From the NCBI GenBank assembly GCA_964016885.1, contig OZ024742.1, forward strand, positions 12,648,001-12,712,000: DNA of 64,000 nucleotides, read 5' to 3'. The first letter of the stretch is position 1. Each line of letters begins with the position of its first letter. The notes below the pieces were generated by a model, which was given only the letters and a program-made list of their open reading frames with translations, was not told the origin of the DNA and did not search any database. This document shows positions 19,934-34,900 of this stretch, piece after piece. This DNA is from Eledone cirrhosa. Lineage: Eukaryota. Both the position numbers and the translations under genes were made by a program.

Positions 19934-22900
19934 ATATAGATTATATCTAAACAGCAAGTCTTGTAAAGAGCCTCATGTTTGCCATGCCTGATATAGATTA
20001 TATCTAAACAGCAAGCAAGCCTTGTAAAGGGCCTCATGTTTGCCATGCCTGATATAGATTATATCTAATCAGCAAGTCTTGTAAAGGGCCTCATGTTTGC
20101 CATGCCTGATATAGATTATATCTAAACAGCAAGCAAGCCTTGTAAAGGGCCTCATGTTTGCCATGCCTGATATAGATTATATCTAATCAGCAAGTTTTGT
20201 AAAGGGCCTCATGTTTGCCATGCCTGATATAGATTATATCTAAACAGCAAGTCTTGTAAAGGGCCTCATGTTTGCCATGCCTGATATAGATTATATCTAA
20301 ACAGCAAGTCTTGTAAAGGGCCTCATGTTTGCCATGCCTGATATAGATTATATCTAAACAGCAAGTCTTGTAAAGGGCCTCATGTTTGCCATGCCTGATA
20401 TAGATTATATCTAAACAGCAAGTCTTGTAAAGGGCCTCATGTTTGCCATGCCTGATATAGATTATATGTAAACAGCAAGTCTTGTAAAGGGCCTCATGTT
20501 TGCCATGCCTGATATAGATTATATCTAAACAGCAGGCAAGCCTTGTAAAGAGCCTCATGTTTGCCATGCCTGATATAGATTATATCTAAACAGCAGGCAA
20601 GCCTTGTAAAGAGCGTCATGTTTGCCATGCCTGATATAGATTATATCTAAACAGCGGGCAAGCCTTGTAAAGAGCCTCATGTTTGCCATGCCTGATATAG
20701 ATTATATCTAAACAGCAAGCAAGCCTTGTAAAGGGCCTCATGTTTGCCATGCCTGATATAGATTATATCTAATCAGCAAGTCTTGTAAAGGGCCTCATGT
20801 TTGCCATGCCTGATATAGATTATATCTAAACAGCAAGTCTTGTAAAGGGCCTCATGTTTGCCATGCCTGATATAGATTATATCTAAACAGCAAGTCTTGT
20901 AAAGGGCCTCATGTTTGCCATGCCTGATATAGATTATATCTAAACAGCAAGTCTTCTAAAGGGCCTCATGTTTGCCATGCCTGATATAGATTATATCTAA
21001 ACAGCAAGTCTTGTAAAGGGCCTCATGTTTGCCATGCCTGATATAGATTATATCTAAACAGCAAGTCTTGTAAAGGGCCTCATGTTTGCCATGCCTGATA
21101 TAGATTATATCTAAACAGCAGGCAAGCCTTGTAAAGAGCCTCATGTTTGCCATGCCTGATATAGATTATATCTAAACAGAAGGCAAGCCTTGTAAAGAGC
21201 GTCATGTTTGCCATGCCTGATATAGATTATATCTAAACAGCAGGCAAGCCTTGTAAAGAGCCTCATGTTTGCCATGCCTGATATAGATTATATCTAAGCA
21301 GCAGGCAAGCCTTGTAAAGAGCCTCATATTTGCCATGCCTGATATAGATTATATCTAAACAGCAGGCAAGCCTTGTAAAGAGCCTCATGTTTGCCATGCC
21401 TGATATAGATTATATCTAATCAGCAAGTCTTGTAAAGGGCCTCATGTTTGCCATGCCTGATATAGATTATATCTAATCAGCAAGTCTTGTAAAGGGCCTC
21501 ATGTTTGCCATGCCTGATATAGATTATATCTAAACAGCAAGCAAGCCTTGTAAAGGGCCTCATGTTTGCCATGCCTGATATAGATTATATCTAAACAGCA
21601 AGTCTTGTAAAGGGCCTCATGTTTGCCATGCCTGATATAGATTATATCTAAACAGCAAGTCTTGTAAAGGGCCTCATGTTTGCCATGCCTGATATAGATT
21701 ATATCTAAACAGCAAGCCTTGTAAAGAGCCTCATGTTTGCCATGCCTGATATAGATTATATCTAAACAGCAGGCAAGCCTTGTAAAGAGCGTCATGTTTG
21801 CCATGCCTGATATAGATTATATCTAAACAGCAGGCAAGCCTTGTAAAGAGCCTCATGTTTGCCATCCCTGATATAGATTATATCTAAGCAGCAGGGAAGC
21901 CTTGTAAAGAGCCTCATATTTGCCATGCCTGATATAGATTATATCTAAACAGCAGGCAAGCCTTGTAAAGAGCCTCATGTTTGCCATGCCTGATATAGAT
22001 TATATCTAAACAGCAGGCAAGCCTTGTAAAGGGCCTCATGTTTGCCATGCCTGATATAGATTATATCTAAACAGCAAGCCTTGTAAAGAGCCTCATATTT
22101 GCCATGCCTGATATAGATTATATCTGAACAGCAGGCAAGCCTTGTAAAGAGCCTCATGTTTGCCATGCCTGATATAGTTTATATCTAAACAGCAGGCAAG
22201 CCTTGTAAAGAGCCTCATGTTTGCCATGCCTGATATAGATTATATCTAAACAGCAGGCAAGCCTTGTAAAGGGCCTCATGTTTGCCATGCCTGATATAGA
22301 GTATATCTAAACAGCAAGCCATGTAAAGGGCCTCTTGTTTGCCATGCCTGTTATCGATTATATCTAAACAGCAGGCAAGCCTTGTAAAGGGCCTCATGTT
22401 TGCCATGCCTGATATAGATTATATCTAAACAGCAAGCCTTGTAAAGGGCCTCATATTTGCCATGCCTGATATAGATTATATCTAAACAGCAGGCAAGCCT
22501 TGTAAAGGGCCTCATGTTTGCCATGCCTGATATAGATTATATCTAAACAGCAAGCCTTGTAAAGGGCCTCATGTTTGCCATGCCTGATATAGATTATATC
22601 TAAACAGCAAGCCTTGTAAAGAGCCTCATGTTTGCTATGCCTCATATAGATTATATCTAAACAGCAAGCCTTGTAAAGAGCCTCATGTTTGCCATGCCTG
22701 ATATAGATTATATCTAAACAGCAAGCCTTGTAAAGAGCCTCATGTTTGCCATGCCTGATATAGATTATATCTAAACAGCAAGCCTTGTAAAGAGCCTCAT
22801 GTTTGCCATGCCTGATATAGATTATATCTAAACAGCAGGCAAGCCTTGTAAAGAGCCTCATGTTTGCCATGCCTGATATAGATTATATCTAAACAGCAGG

Positions 22901-25900
22901 TAAGCCTTGTAAAGAGCCTCATATTTGCCATGCCTGATATAGATTATATCTAAACAGCAGGCAAGCCTTGTAAAGAGCCTCATGTTTGCCATGCCTGATA
23001 TAGATTATATCTAAACAGCAGGCAAGCCTTGTAAAGGGCCTCATGTTTGCCATGCCTGATATAGATTATATCTAAACAGCAAGCCTTGTAAAGAGCCTCA
23101 TATTTGCCATGCCTGATATAGATTATATCTAAACAGAAGGCAAGCCTTGTAAAGAGCCTCATATTTGCCATGCCTGATATAGATTATATCTAAACAGCAG
23201 GCAAGCCTTGTAAAGAGCCTCATGTTTGCCATGCCTGATATAGATTATATCTAAACAGCAGGCAAGCCTTGTAAAGGGCCTCATGTTTGCCATGCCTGAT
23301 ATAGAGTATATCTAAACAGCAAGCCATGTAAAGGGCCTCATGTTTGCCATGCCTGTTATAGATTATATCTAAACAGCAGGCAAGCCTTGTAAAGGGCCTC
23401 ATGTTTGCCATGCCTGATATAGATTATATCTAAACAGCAAGCCTTGTAAAGGGCCTCATGTTTGCCATGCTTGATATAGATTATATCTAAACAGCAGGCA
23501 AGCCTTGTAAAGGGCCTCATGTTTGCCATGCCTGATATAGATTATATCTAAATAGCAAGCCTTGTAAAGGGCCTCATGTTTGCCATGCCTGATATAGATT
23601 ATATCTAAACAGCAAGCCTTGTAAAGAGCCTCATGTTTGCCATGCCTGATATAGATTATATCTAAACAGCAAGCCTTGTAAAGAGCCTCATGTTTGCCAT
23701 GCCTGATATAGATTATATCTAAACAGCAAGCCTTGTAAAGAGCCTCATGTTTGCCATGCCTGATATAGATTATATCTAAACAGCAAGCCTTGTAAAGAGC
23801 CTCATGTTTGCCATGCCTGATATAGATTATATCTAAACAGCAAGCCTTGTAAAGGGCCTTATGTTTGCCATGCCTGATATAGATTATATCTAAACAGCAG
23901 ACAAGCCTTGTAAAGGGCCTCATGTTTGCCATGCCTGATATAGATTATATATAAACAGCAAGCCTTGTAAAGGGCCTCATGTTTGCCATGCCTGATATAG
24001 ATTATATCTAAACAGCAAGCCTTGTAAAGAGCCTCATGTTTGCCATGCCTGATATAGATTACATCTAAACAGCAGGCAAGCCTTGTAAAGAGTGTTATGT
24101 TTGCCATGCCTGATATAGATTATATCTAAACAGCAAGCGTTGTAAAGAGCCTCATGTTTGCCATGCCTGATATAGATTATATCTAAACAGCAAGCCTTGT
24201 AAAGAGCCTCATGTTTGCCATGCCTGATATAGATTATATCTAAACAGCAAGCCTTGTAAAGGGCCTCATGTTTGCCATGCCTTATATAGATTATATCTAA
24301 ACAACAAGCCTTGTAAAGGGCCTCATGTTTGCCATGCCTGATATAGATTATATCTAAACAGCAAGCCTTGTAAAGAGCCTCATGTTTGCCATGCCTGATA
24401 TAGATTATATCTAAACAGCAAGCCTTGTAAAGGGCCTCATGTTTGCCATGCCTGATATAGATTATATCTAAACAGCAAGTCTTGTAAAGGGCCTCATGTT
24501 TGCCATGCCTGATATAGATTATATCTAAACAGCAGGCAAGTCTTGTAAAGAGCCTCATGTTTGCCATGCCTGAAATAGATTACATCTAAACAGCAGGCAA
24601 GCCTTGTAAAGAGCCTCATGTTTGCCATGCCTGATATAGATTATATCTAAACAGCAGGCAAGCCTTGTAAAGAGCCTCATGTTTGCAATGCCTGATATAG
24701 ATTATATCTAAACAGCAGGCAAGCCTTGTAAAGAGCCTCATGTTTTCCATGCCTGATATAGATTATATCTAAACAGCAGGCAAGCCTTGTAAAGAGCCTC
24801 ATGTTTGCCATGCCTGATATAGATTATATCTAAGCAGCAGGCAAGCCTTGTAAAGAGCCTCATATTTGCCATGCCTGATATAGATTATATCTAAACAGCA
24901 GGCAAGCCTTGTAAAGAGCCTCATGTTTGCCATGCATGATATAGATTATATCTAAACAACAGGCAAGCCTTGTAAAGGGCCTCATGTTTGCCATGCCTGA
25001 TATAGATTATATCTAAACAGCAAGCCTTGTAAAGAGCCTCATATTTGCCATGACTGATATAGATTATATCTAAACAGCAGGCAAGCCTTGTAAAGAGCCT
25101 CATATTTGCCATGCCTGATATAGATTATATCTAAACAGCAGGCAAGCCTTGTAAAGAGCCTCATGTTTGCCATGCCTGATATAGATTATATCTAAACAGC
25201 AGGCAAGCCTTGTAAAGGGCCTCATGTTTGCCATGCCTGATATAGAGTATATCTAAACAGCAAGCCATGTAAAGGGCCTCATGTTTGCCATGCCTGTTAT
25301 AGATTATATCTAAACAGCAGGCAAGCCTTGTAAAGGGCCTCATGTTTTCCATGCCTGATATAGATTATATCTAAACAGCAAGCCTTGTAAAGGGCCTCAT
25401 GTTTGCCATGCCTGATATAGATTATATCTAAACAGCAGGCAAGCCTTGTAAAGGGCCTCATGTTTGCCATGCCTGATATAGATTATATCTAAACAGCAAG
25501 CCTTGTAAAGAGCCTCATATTTGCCATGACTGATATAGATTATATCTAAACAGCAGGCAAGCCTTGTAAAGAGCCTCATATTTGCCATGCCTGATATAGA
25601 TTATATCTAAACAGCAAGCCTTGTAAAGGGCCTCATGTTTGCCATGCCTGATATAGATTATATCTAAACAGCAGGCAAGCCTTGTAAAGGGCCTCATGTT
25701 TGCCATGCCTGATATAGATTATATCTAAACAGCAAGCCTTGTAAAGGGCCTCATGTTTGCCATGCCTGATATAGATTATATCTAAACAGCAAGCCTTGTA
25801 AAGAGCCTCATGTTTGCCATCCCTGATATAGATTATATCTAAACAGCAAGCCTTGTAAAGAGCCTCATGTTTGCCATGCCTGATATAGATTATATCTAAA

Positions 25901-28900
25901 CAGCAAGCCTTGTAAAGAGCCTCATGTTTGCCATGCCTGATATAGATTATATCTAAACAGCAAGCCTTGTAAAGAGCCTCATGTTTGCCATGCCTGATAT
26001 AGATTATATCTAAACAGCAAGCCTTGTAAAGGGCCTTATGTTTGCCACGCCTGATATAGATTATATCTAAACAGCAGACAAGCCTTGTAAAGGGCCTCAT
26101 GTTTGCCATGCCTGATATAGATTATATATAAACAGCAAGCCTTGTAAAGGGCCTCATGTTTGCCATGCCTGATATAGATTATATCTAAACAGCAAGCCTT
26201 GTAAAGAGCCTCATGTTTGCCATGCCTGATATAGATTACATCTAAACAGCAGGCAAGCCTTGTAAAGAGTCTTATGTTTGCCATGCCTGATATAGATTAT
26301 ATCTAAACAGCAAGCGTTGTAAAGAGCCTCATGTTTGCCATGCCTGATATAGATTATATCTAAACAGCAAGCCTTGTAAAGGGCCTCATATTTGCCATGC
26401 CTGATATAGATTATATCTAAACAGCAGGCAAGCCTTGTAAAGGGCCTCATGTTTGCCATGCCTGATATAGATTATATCTAAACAGCAAGCCTTGTAAAGG
26501 GCCTCATGTTTGCCATGCCTGATATAGATTATATCTAAACAGCAAGCCTTGTAAAGAGCCTCATGTTTGCTATGCCTCATATAGATTATATCTAAACAGC
26601 AAGCCTTGTAAAGAGCCTCATGTTTGCCATGCCTGATATAGATTATATCTAAACAGCAAGCCTTGTAAAGAGCCTCATGTTTGCCATGCCTGATATAGAT
26701 TATATCTAAACAGCAAGCCTTGTAAAGAGCCTCATGTTTGCCATGCCTGATATAGATTATATCTAAACAGCAGGCAAGCCTTGTAAAGAGCCTCATGTTT
26801 GCCATGCCTGATATAGATTATATCTAAACAGCAGGTAAGCCTTGTAAAGAGCCTCATATTTGCCATGCCTGATATAGATTATATCTAAACAGCAGGCAAG
26901 CCTTGTAAAGAGCCTCATGTTTGCCATGCCTGATATAGATTATATCTAAACAGCAGGCAAGCCTTGTAAAGGGCCTCATGTTTGCCATGCCTGATATAGA
27001 TTATATCTAAACAGCAAGCCTTGTAAAGAGCCTCATATTTGCCATGCCTGATATAGATTATATCTAAACAGAAGGCAAGCCTTGTAAAGAGCCTCATATT
27101 TGCCATGCCTGATATAGATTATATCTAAACAGCAGGCAAGCCTTGTAAAGAGCCTCATGTTTGCCATGCCTGATATAGATTATATCTAAACAGCAGGCAA
27201 GCCTTGTAAAGGGCCTCATGTTTGCCATGCCTGATATAGAGTATATCTAAACAGCAAGCCATGTAAAGGGCCTCATGTTTGCCATGCCTGTTATAGATTA
27301 TATCTAAACAGCAGGCAAGCCTTGTAAAGGGCCTCATGTTTGCCATGCCTGATATAGATTATATCTAAACAGCAAGCCTTGTAAAGGGCCTCATGTTTGC
27401 CATGCCTGATATAGATTATATCTAAACAGCAGGCAAGCCTTGTAAAGGGCCTCATGTTTGCCATGCCTGATATAGATTATATCTAAACAGCAAGCCTTGT
27501 AAAGGGCCTCATGTTTGCCATGACTGATATAGATTATATCTAAACAGCAAGCCTTGTAAAGAGCCTCATGTTTGCCATGCCTGATATAGATTATATCTAA
27601 ACAGCAAGCCTTGTAAAGAGCCTCATGTTTGCCATGCCTGATATAGATTATATCTAAACAGCAAGCCTTGTAAAGAGCCTCATGTTTGCCATGCCTGATA
27701 TAGATTATATCTAAACAGCAAGCCTTGTAAAGAGCCTCATGTTTGCCATGCCTGATATAGATTATATCTAAACAGCAAGCCTTGTAAAGGGCCTTATGTT
27801 TGCCATGCCTGATATAGATTATATCTAAACAGCAGACAAGCCTTGTAAAGGGCCTCATGTTTGCCATGCCTGATATAGATTATATATAAACAGCAAGCCT
27901 TGTAAAGGGCCTCATGTTTGCCATGCCTGATATAGATTATATCTAAACAGCAAGCCTTGTAAAGAGCCTCATGTTTGCCATGCCTGATATAGATTACATC
28001 TAAACAGCAGGCAAGCCTTGTAAAGAGTGTTATGTTTGCCATGCCTGATATAGATTATATCTAAACAGCAAGCGTTGTAAAGAGCCTCATGTTTGCCATG
28101 CCTGATATAGATTATATCTAAACAGCAAGCCTTGTAAAGAGCCTCATGTTTGCCATGCCTGATATAGATTATATCTAAACAGCAAGCCTTGTAAAGGGCC
28201 TCATGTTTGCCATGCCTTATATAGATTATATCTAAACAACAAGCCTTGTAAAGGGCCTCATGTTTGCCATGCCTGATATAGATTATATCTAAACAGCAAG
28301 CCTTGTAAAGAGCCTCATGTTTGCCATGCCTGATATAGATTATATCTAAACAGCAAGCCTTGTAAAGGGCCTCATGTTTGCCATGCCTGATATAGATTAT
28401 ATCTAAACAGCAAGTCTTGTAAAGGGCCTCATGTTTGCCATGCCTGATATAGATTATATCTAAACAGCAGGCAAGTCTTGTAAAGAGCCTCATGTTTGCC
28501 ATGCCTGAAATAGATTACATCTAAACAGCAGGCAAGCCTTGTAAAGAGCCTCATGTTTGCCATGCCTGATATAGATTATATCTAAACAGCAGGCAAGCCT
28601 TGTAAAGAGCCTCATGTTTGCAATGCCTGATATAGATTATATCTAAACAGCAGGCAAGCCTTGTAAAGAGCCTCATGTTTGCCATGCCTGATATAGATTA
28701 TATCTAAACAGCAGGCAAGCCTTGTAAAGAGCCTCATGTTTGCCATGCCTGATATAGATTATATCTAAGCAGCAGGCAAGCCTTGTAAAGAGCCTCATAT
28801 TTGCCATGCCTGATATAGATTATATCTAAACAGCAGGCAAGCCTTGTAAAGAGCCTCATGTTTGCCATGCATGATATAGATTATATCTAAACAACAGGCA

Positions 28901-31900
28901 AGCCTTGTAAAGGGCCTCATGTTTGCCATGCCTGATATAGATTATATCTAAACAGCAAGCCTTGTAAAGAGCCTCATATTTGCCATGACTGATATAGATT
29001 ATATCTAAACAGCAGGCAAGCCTTGTAAAGAGCCTCATATTTGCCATGCCTGATATAGATTATATCTAAACAGCAGGCAAGCCTTGTAAAGAGCCTCATG
29101 TTTGCCATGCCTGATATAGATTATATCTAAACAGCAGGCAAGCCTTGTAAAGGGCCTCATGTTTGCCATGCCTGATATAGAGTATATCTAAACAGCAAGC
29201 CATGTAAAGGGCCTCATGTTTGCCATGCCTGTTATAGATTATATCTAAACAGCAGGCAAGCCTTGTAAAGGGCCTCATGTTTTCCATGCCTGATATAGAT
29301 TATATCTAAACAGCAAGCCTTGTAAAGGGCCTCATGTTTGCCATGCCTGATATAGATTATATCTAAACAGCAGGCAAGCCTTGTAAAGGGCCTCATGTTT
29401 GCCATGCCTGATATAGATTATATCTAAACAGCAAGCCTTGTAAAGAGCCTCATATTTGCCATGACTGATATAGATTATATCTAAACAGCAGGCAAGCCTT
29501 GTAAAGAGCCTCATATTTGCCATGCCTGATATAGATTATATCTAAACAGCAAGCCTTGTAAAGGGCCTCATGTTTGCCATGCCTGATATAGATTATATCT
29601 AAACAGCAGGCAAGCCTTGTAAAGGGCCTCATGTTTGCCATGCCTGATATAGATTATATCTAAACAGCAAGCCTTGTAAAGGGCCTCATGTTTGCCATGC
29701 CTGATATAGATTATATCTAAACAGCAAGCCTTGTAAAGAGCCTCATGTTTGCCATCCCTGATATAGATTATATCTAAACAGCAAGCCTTGTAAAGAGCCT
29801 CATGTTTGCCATGCCTGATATAGATTATATCTAAACAGCAAGCCTTGTAAAGAGCCTCATGTTTGCCATGCCTGATATAGATTATATCTAAACAGCAAGC
29901 CTTGTAAAGAGCCTCATGTTTGCCATGCCTGATATAGATTATATCTAAACAGCAAGCCTTGTAAAGGGCCTTATGTTTGCCACGCCTGATATAGATTATA
30001 TCTAAACAGCAGACAAGCCTTGTAAAGGGCCTCATGTTTGCCATGCCTGATATAGATTATATATAAACAGCAAGCCTTGTAAAGGGCCTCATGTTTGCCA
30101 TGCCTGATATAGATTATATCTAAACAGCAAGCCTTGTAAAGAGCCTCATGTTTGCCATGCCTGATATAGATTACATCTAAACAGCAGGCAAGCCTTGTAA
30201 AGAGTCTTATGTTTGCCATGCCTGATATAGATTATATCTAAACAGCAAGCGTTGTAAAGAGCCTCATGTTTGCCATGCCTGATATAGATTATATCTAAAC
30301 AGCAAGCCTTGTAAAGAGCCTCATGTTTGCCATGCCTGATATAGATTATATCTAAACAGCAAGCCTTGTAAAGGGCCTCATGTTTGCCATGCCTTATATA
30401 GATTATATCTAAACAACAAGCCTTGTAAAGGGCCTCATGTTTGCCATGCCTGATATAGATTATATCTAAACAGCAAGCCTTGTAAAGAGCCTCATGTTTG
30501 CCATGCCTGATATAGATTATATCTAAACAGCAGGCAAGCCTTGTAAAGGGCCTCATGTTTGCCATGCCTGATATAGATTATATCTAAACAGCAGGCAAGC
30601 CTTGTAAAGGGCCTCATGTTTGCCATGCCTGATATAGATTATATCTAAACAGCAAGTCTTGTAAAGGGCCTCATGTTTGCCATGCCTGATATAGATTATA
30701 TCTAAACAGCAGGCAAGTCTTGTAAAGAGCCTCATGTTTGCCATGCCTGAAATAGATTACATCTAAACAGCAGGCAAGCCTTGTAAAGAGCCTCATGTTT
30801 GCCATGCCTGATATAGATTATATCTAAACAGCAGGCAAGCCTTGTAAAGAGCCTCATGTTTGCCATGCCTGATATAGATTATATCTAAACAGCAGGCAAG
30901 CCTTGTAAAGAGCCTCATGTTTGCCATGCCTGATATAGATTATATCTAAACAGCAGGCAAGCCTTGTAAAGAGCCTCATGTTTGCCATGCCTGATATAGA
31001 TTATATCTAAGCAGCAGGCAAGCCTTGTAAAGAGCCTCATATTTGCCATGCCTGATATAGATTATATCTAAACAGCAGGCAAGCCTTGTAAAGAGCCTCA
31101 TGTTTGCCATGCATGATATAGATTATATCTAAACAGCAGGCAAGCCTTGTAAAGGGCCTCATGTTTGCCATGCCTGATATAGATTATATCTAAACAGCAA
31201 GCCTTGTAAAGAGCCTCATATTTGCAATGACTGATATAGATTATATCTAAACAGCAGGCAAGCCTTGTAAAGAGCCTCATATTTGCCATGCCTGATATAG
31301 ATTATATCTAAACAGCAGGCAAGCCTTGTAAAGAGCCTCATGTTTGCCATGCCTGATATAGATTATATCTAAACAGCAGGCAAGCCTTGTAAAGGGCCTC
31401 ATGTTTGCCATGCCTGATATAGAGTATATCTAAACAGCAAGCCATGTAAAGGGCCTCATGTTTGCCATGCCTGTTATAGATTATATCTAAACAGCAGGCA
31501 AGCCTTGTAAAGGGCCTCATGTTTGCCATGCCTGATATAGATTATATCTAAACAGCAAGCCTTGTAAAGGGCCTCATGTTTGCCATGCCTGATATAGATT
31601 ATATCTAAACAGCAGGCAAGCCTTGTAAAGGGCCTCATGTTTGCCATGCCTGATATAGATTATATCTAAACAGCAAGCCTTGTAAAGAGCCTCATATTTG
31701 CCATGACTGATATAGATTATATCTAAACAGCAGGCAAGCCTTGTAAAGAGCCTCATATTTGCCATGCCTGATATAGATTATATCTAAACAGCAGGCAAGC
31801 CTTGTAAAGAGCCTCATGTTTGCCATGCCTGATATAGATTATATCTAAACAGCAGGCAAGCCTTGTAAAGGGCCTCATGTTTGCCATGACTGATATAGAG

Positions 31901-34900
31901 TATATCTAAACAGCAAGCCATGTAAAGGGCCTCATGTTTGCCATGCCTGTTATAGATTATATCTAAACAGCAGGCAAGCCTTGTAAAGGGCCTCATGTTT
32001 GCCATGCCTGATATAGATTATATCTAAACAGCAAGCCTTGTAAAGGGCCTCATGTTTGCCATGCCTGATATAGATTATATCTAAACAGCAGGCAAGCCTT
32101 GTAAAGGGCCTCATGTTTGCCATGCCTGATATAGATTATATCTAAACAGCAAGCCTTGTAAAGAGCCTCATGTTTGCCATGCCTGATATAGATTACATCT
32201 AAACAGCAGGCAAGCCTTGTAAAGAGTCTTATGTTTGCCATGCCTGATATAGATTATATCTAAACAGCAAGCGTTGTAAAGAGCCTCATGTTTGCCATGC
32301 CTGATATAGATTATATCTAAACAGCAAGCCTTGTAAAGAGCCTCATGTTTGCCATGCCTGATATAGATTATATCTAAACAGCAAGCCTTGTAAAGGGCCT
32401 CATGTTTGCCATGCCTTATATAGATTATATCTAAACAACAAGCCTTGTAAAGGGCCTCATGTTTGCCATGCCTGATATAGATTATATCTAAACAGCAAGC
32501 CTTGTAAAGAGCCTCATGTTTGCCATGCCTGATATAGATTATATCTAAACAGCAAGCCTTGTAAAGGGCCTCATGTTTGCCATGCCTGATATAGATTATA
32601 TCTAAACAGCAAGTCTTGTAAAGGGCCTCATGTTTGCCATGCCTGATATAGATTATATCTAAACAGCAGGCAAGTCTTGTAAAGAGCCTCATGTTTGCCA
32701 TGCCTGAAATAGATTACATCTAAACAGCAGGCAAGCCTTGTAAAGAGCCTCATGTTTGCCATGCCTGATATAGATTATATCTAAACAGCAGGCAAGCCTT
32801 GTAAAGAGCCTCATGTTTGCCATGCCTGATATAGATTATATCTAAACAGCAGGCAAGCCTTGTAAAGAGCCTCATGTGTGCCATGCCTGATATAGATTAT
32901 ATCTAAACAGCAGGCAAGCCTTGTAAAGAGCCTCATGTTTGCCATGCCTGATATAGATTATATCTAAGCAGCAGGCAAGCCTTGTAAAGAGCCTCATATT
33001 TGCCATGCCTGATATAGATTATATCTAAACAGCAGGCAAGCCTTGTAAAGAGCCTCATGTTTGCCATGCATGATATAGATTATATCTAAACAGCAGGCAA
33101 GCCTTGTAAAGGGCCTCATGTTTGCCATGCCTGATATAGATTATATCTAAACAGCAAGCCTTGTAAAGAGCCTCATATTTGCAATGACTGATATAGATTA
33201 TATCTAAACAGCAGGCAAGCCTTGTAAAGAGCCTCATATTTGCCATGCCTGATATAGATTATATCTAAACAGCAGGCAAGCCTTGTAAAGAGCCTCATGT
33301 TTGCCATGCCTGATATAGATTATATCTAAACAGCAGGCAAGCCTTGTAAAGGGCCTCATGTTTGCCATGCCTGATATAGAGTATATCTAAACAGCAAGCC
33401 ATGTAAAGGGCCTCATGTTTGCCATGCCTGTTATAGATTATATCTAAACAGCAGGCAAGCCTTGTAAAGGGCCTCATGTTTGCCATGCCTGATATAGATT
33501 ATATCTAAACAGCAAGCCTTGTAAAGGGCCTCATGTTTGCCATGCCTGATATAGATTATATCTAAACAGCAGGCAAGCCTTGTAAAGGGCCTCATGTTTG
33601 CCATGCCTGATATAGATTATATCTAAACAGCAAGCCTTGTAAAGAGCCTCATATTTGCCATGACTGATATAGATTATATCTAAACAGCAGGCAAGCCTTG
33701 TAAAGAGCCTCATATTTGCCATGCCTGATATAGATTATATCTAAACAGCAGGCAAGCCTTGTAAAGAGCCTCATGTTTGCCATGCCTGATATAGATTATA
33801 TCTAAACAGCAGGCAAGCCTTGTAAAGGGCCTCATGTTTGCCATGACTGATATAGAGTATATCTAAACAGCAAGCCATGTAAAGGGCCTCATGTTTGCCA
33901 TGCCTGTTATAGATTATATCTAAACAGCAGGCAAGCCTTGTAAAGGGCCTCATGTTTGCCATGCCTGATATAGATTATATCTAAACAGCAAGCCTTGTAA
34001 AGGGCCTCATGTTTGCCATGCCTGATATAGATTATATCTAAACAGCAGGCAAGCCTTGTAAAGGGCCTCATGTTTGCCATGCCTGTTATAGATTATATCT
34101 AAACAGCAAGCCTTGTAAAGGGCCTCATGTTTGCCATGCCTGATATAGATTATATCTAAACAGCAAGCCTTGTAAAGAGCCTCATGTTTGCCATGCCTGA
34201 TATAGATTATATCTAAACAGCAGGCAAGCCTTGTAAAGAGCCTCATGTTTGCCATGCCTGATATAGATTATATCTAAGCAGCAGGCAAGCCTTGTAAAGA
34301 GCCTCATATTTGCCATGCCTGATATAGATTATATCTAAACAGCAGGCAAGCCTTGTAAAGAGCCTCATGTTTGCCATGCATGATATAGATTATATCTAAA
34401 CAACAGGCAAGCCTTGTAAAGGGCCTCATGTTTGCCATGCCTGATATAGATTATATCTAAACAGCAAGCCTTGTAAAGAGCCTCATATTTGCCATGACTG
34501 ATATAGATTATATCTAAACAGCAGGCAAGCCTTGTAAAGAGCCTCATATTTGCCATGCCTGATATAGATTATATCTAAACAGCAGGCAAGCCTTGTAAAG
34601 AGCCTCATGTTTGCCATGCCTGATATAGATTATATCTAAACAGCAGGCAAGCCTTGTAAAGGGCCTCATGTTTGCCATGCCTGATATAAAGTATATCTAA
34701 ACAGCAAGCCATGTAAAGGGCCTCATGTTTGCCATGCCTGTTATAGATTATATCTAAACAGCAGGCAAGCCTTGTAAAGGGCCTCATGTTTTCCATGCCT
34801 GATATAGATTATATCTAAACAGCAAGCCTTGTAAAGGGCCTCATGTTTGCCATGCCTGATATAGATTATATCTAAACAGCAGGCAAGCCTTGTAAAGGGC

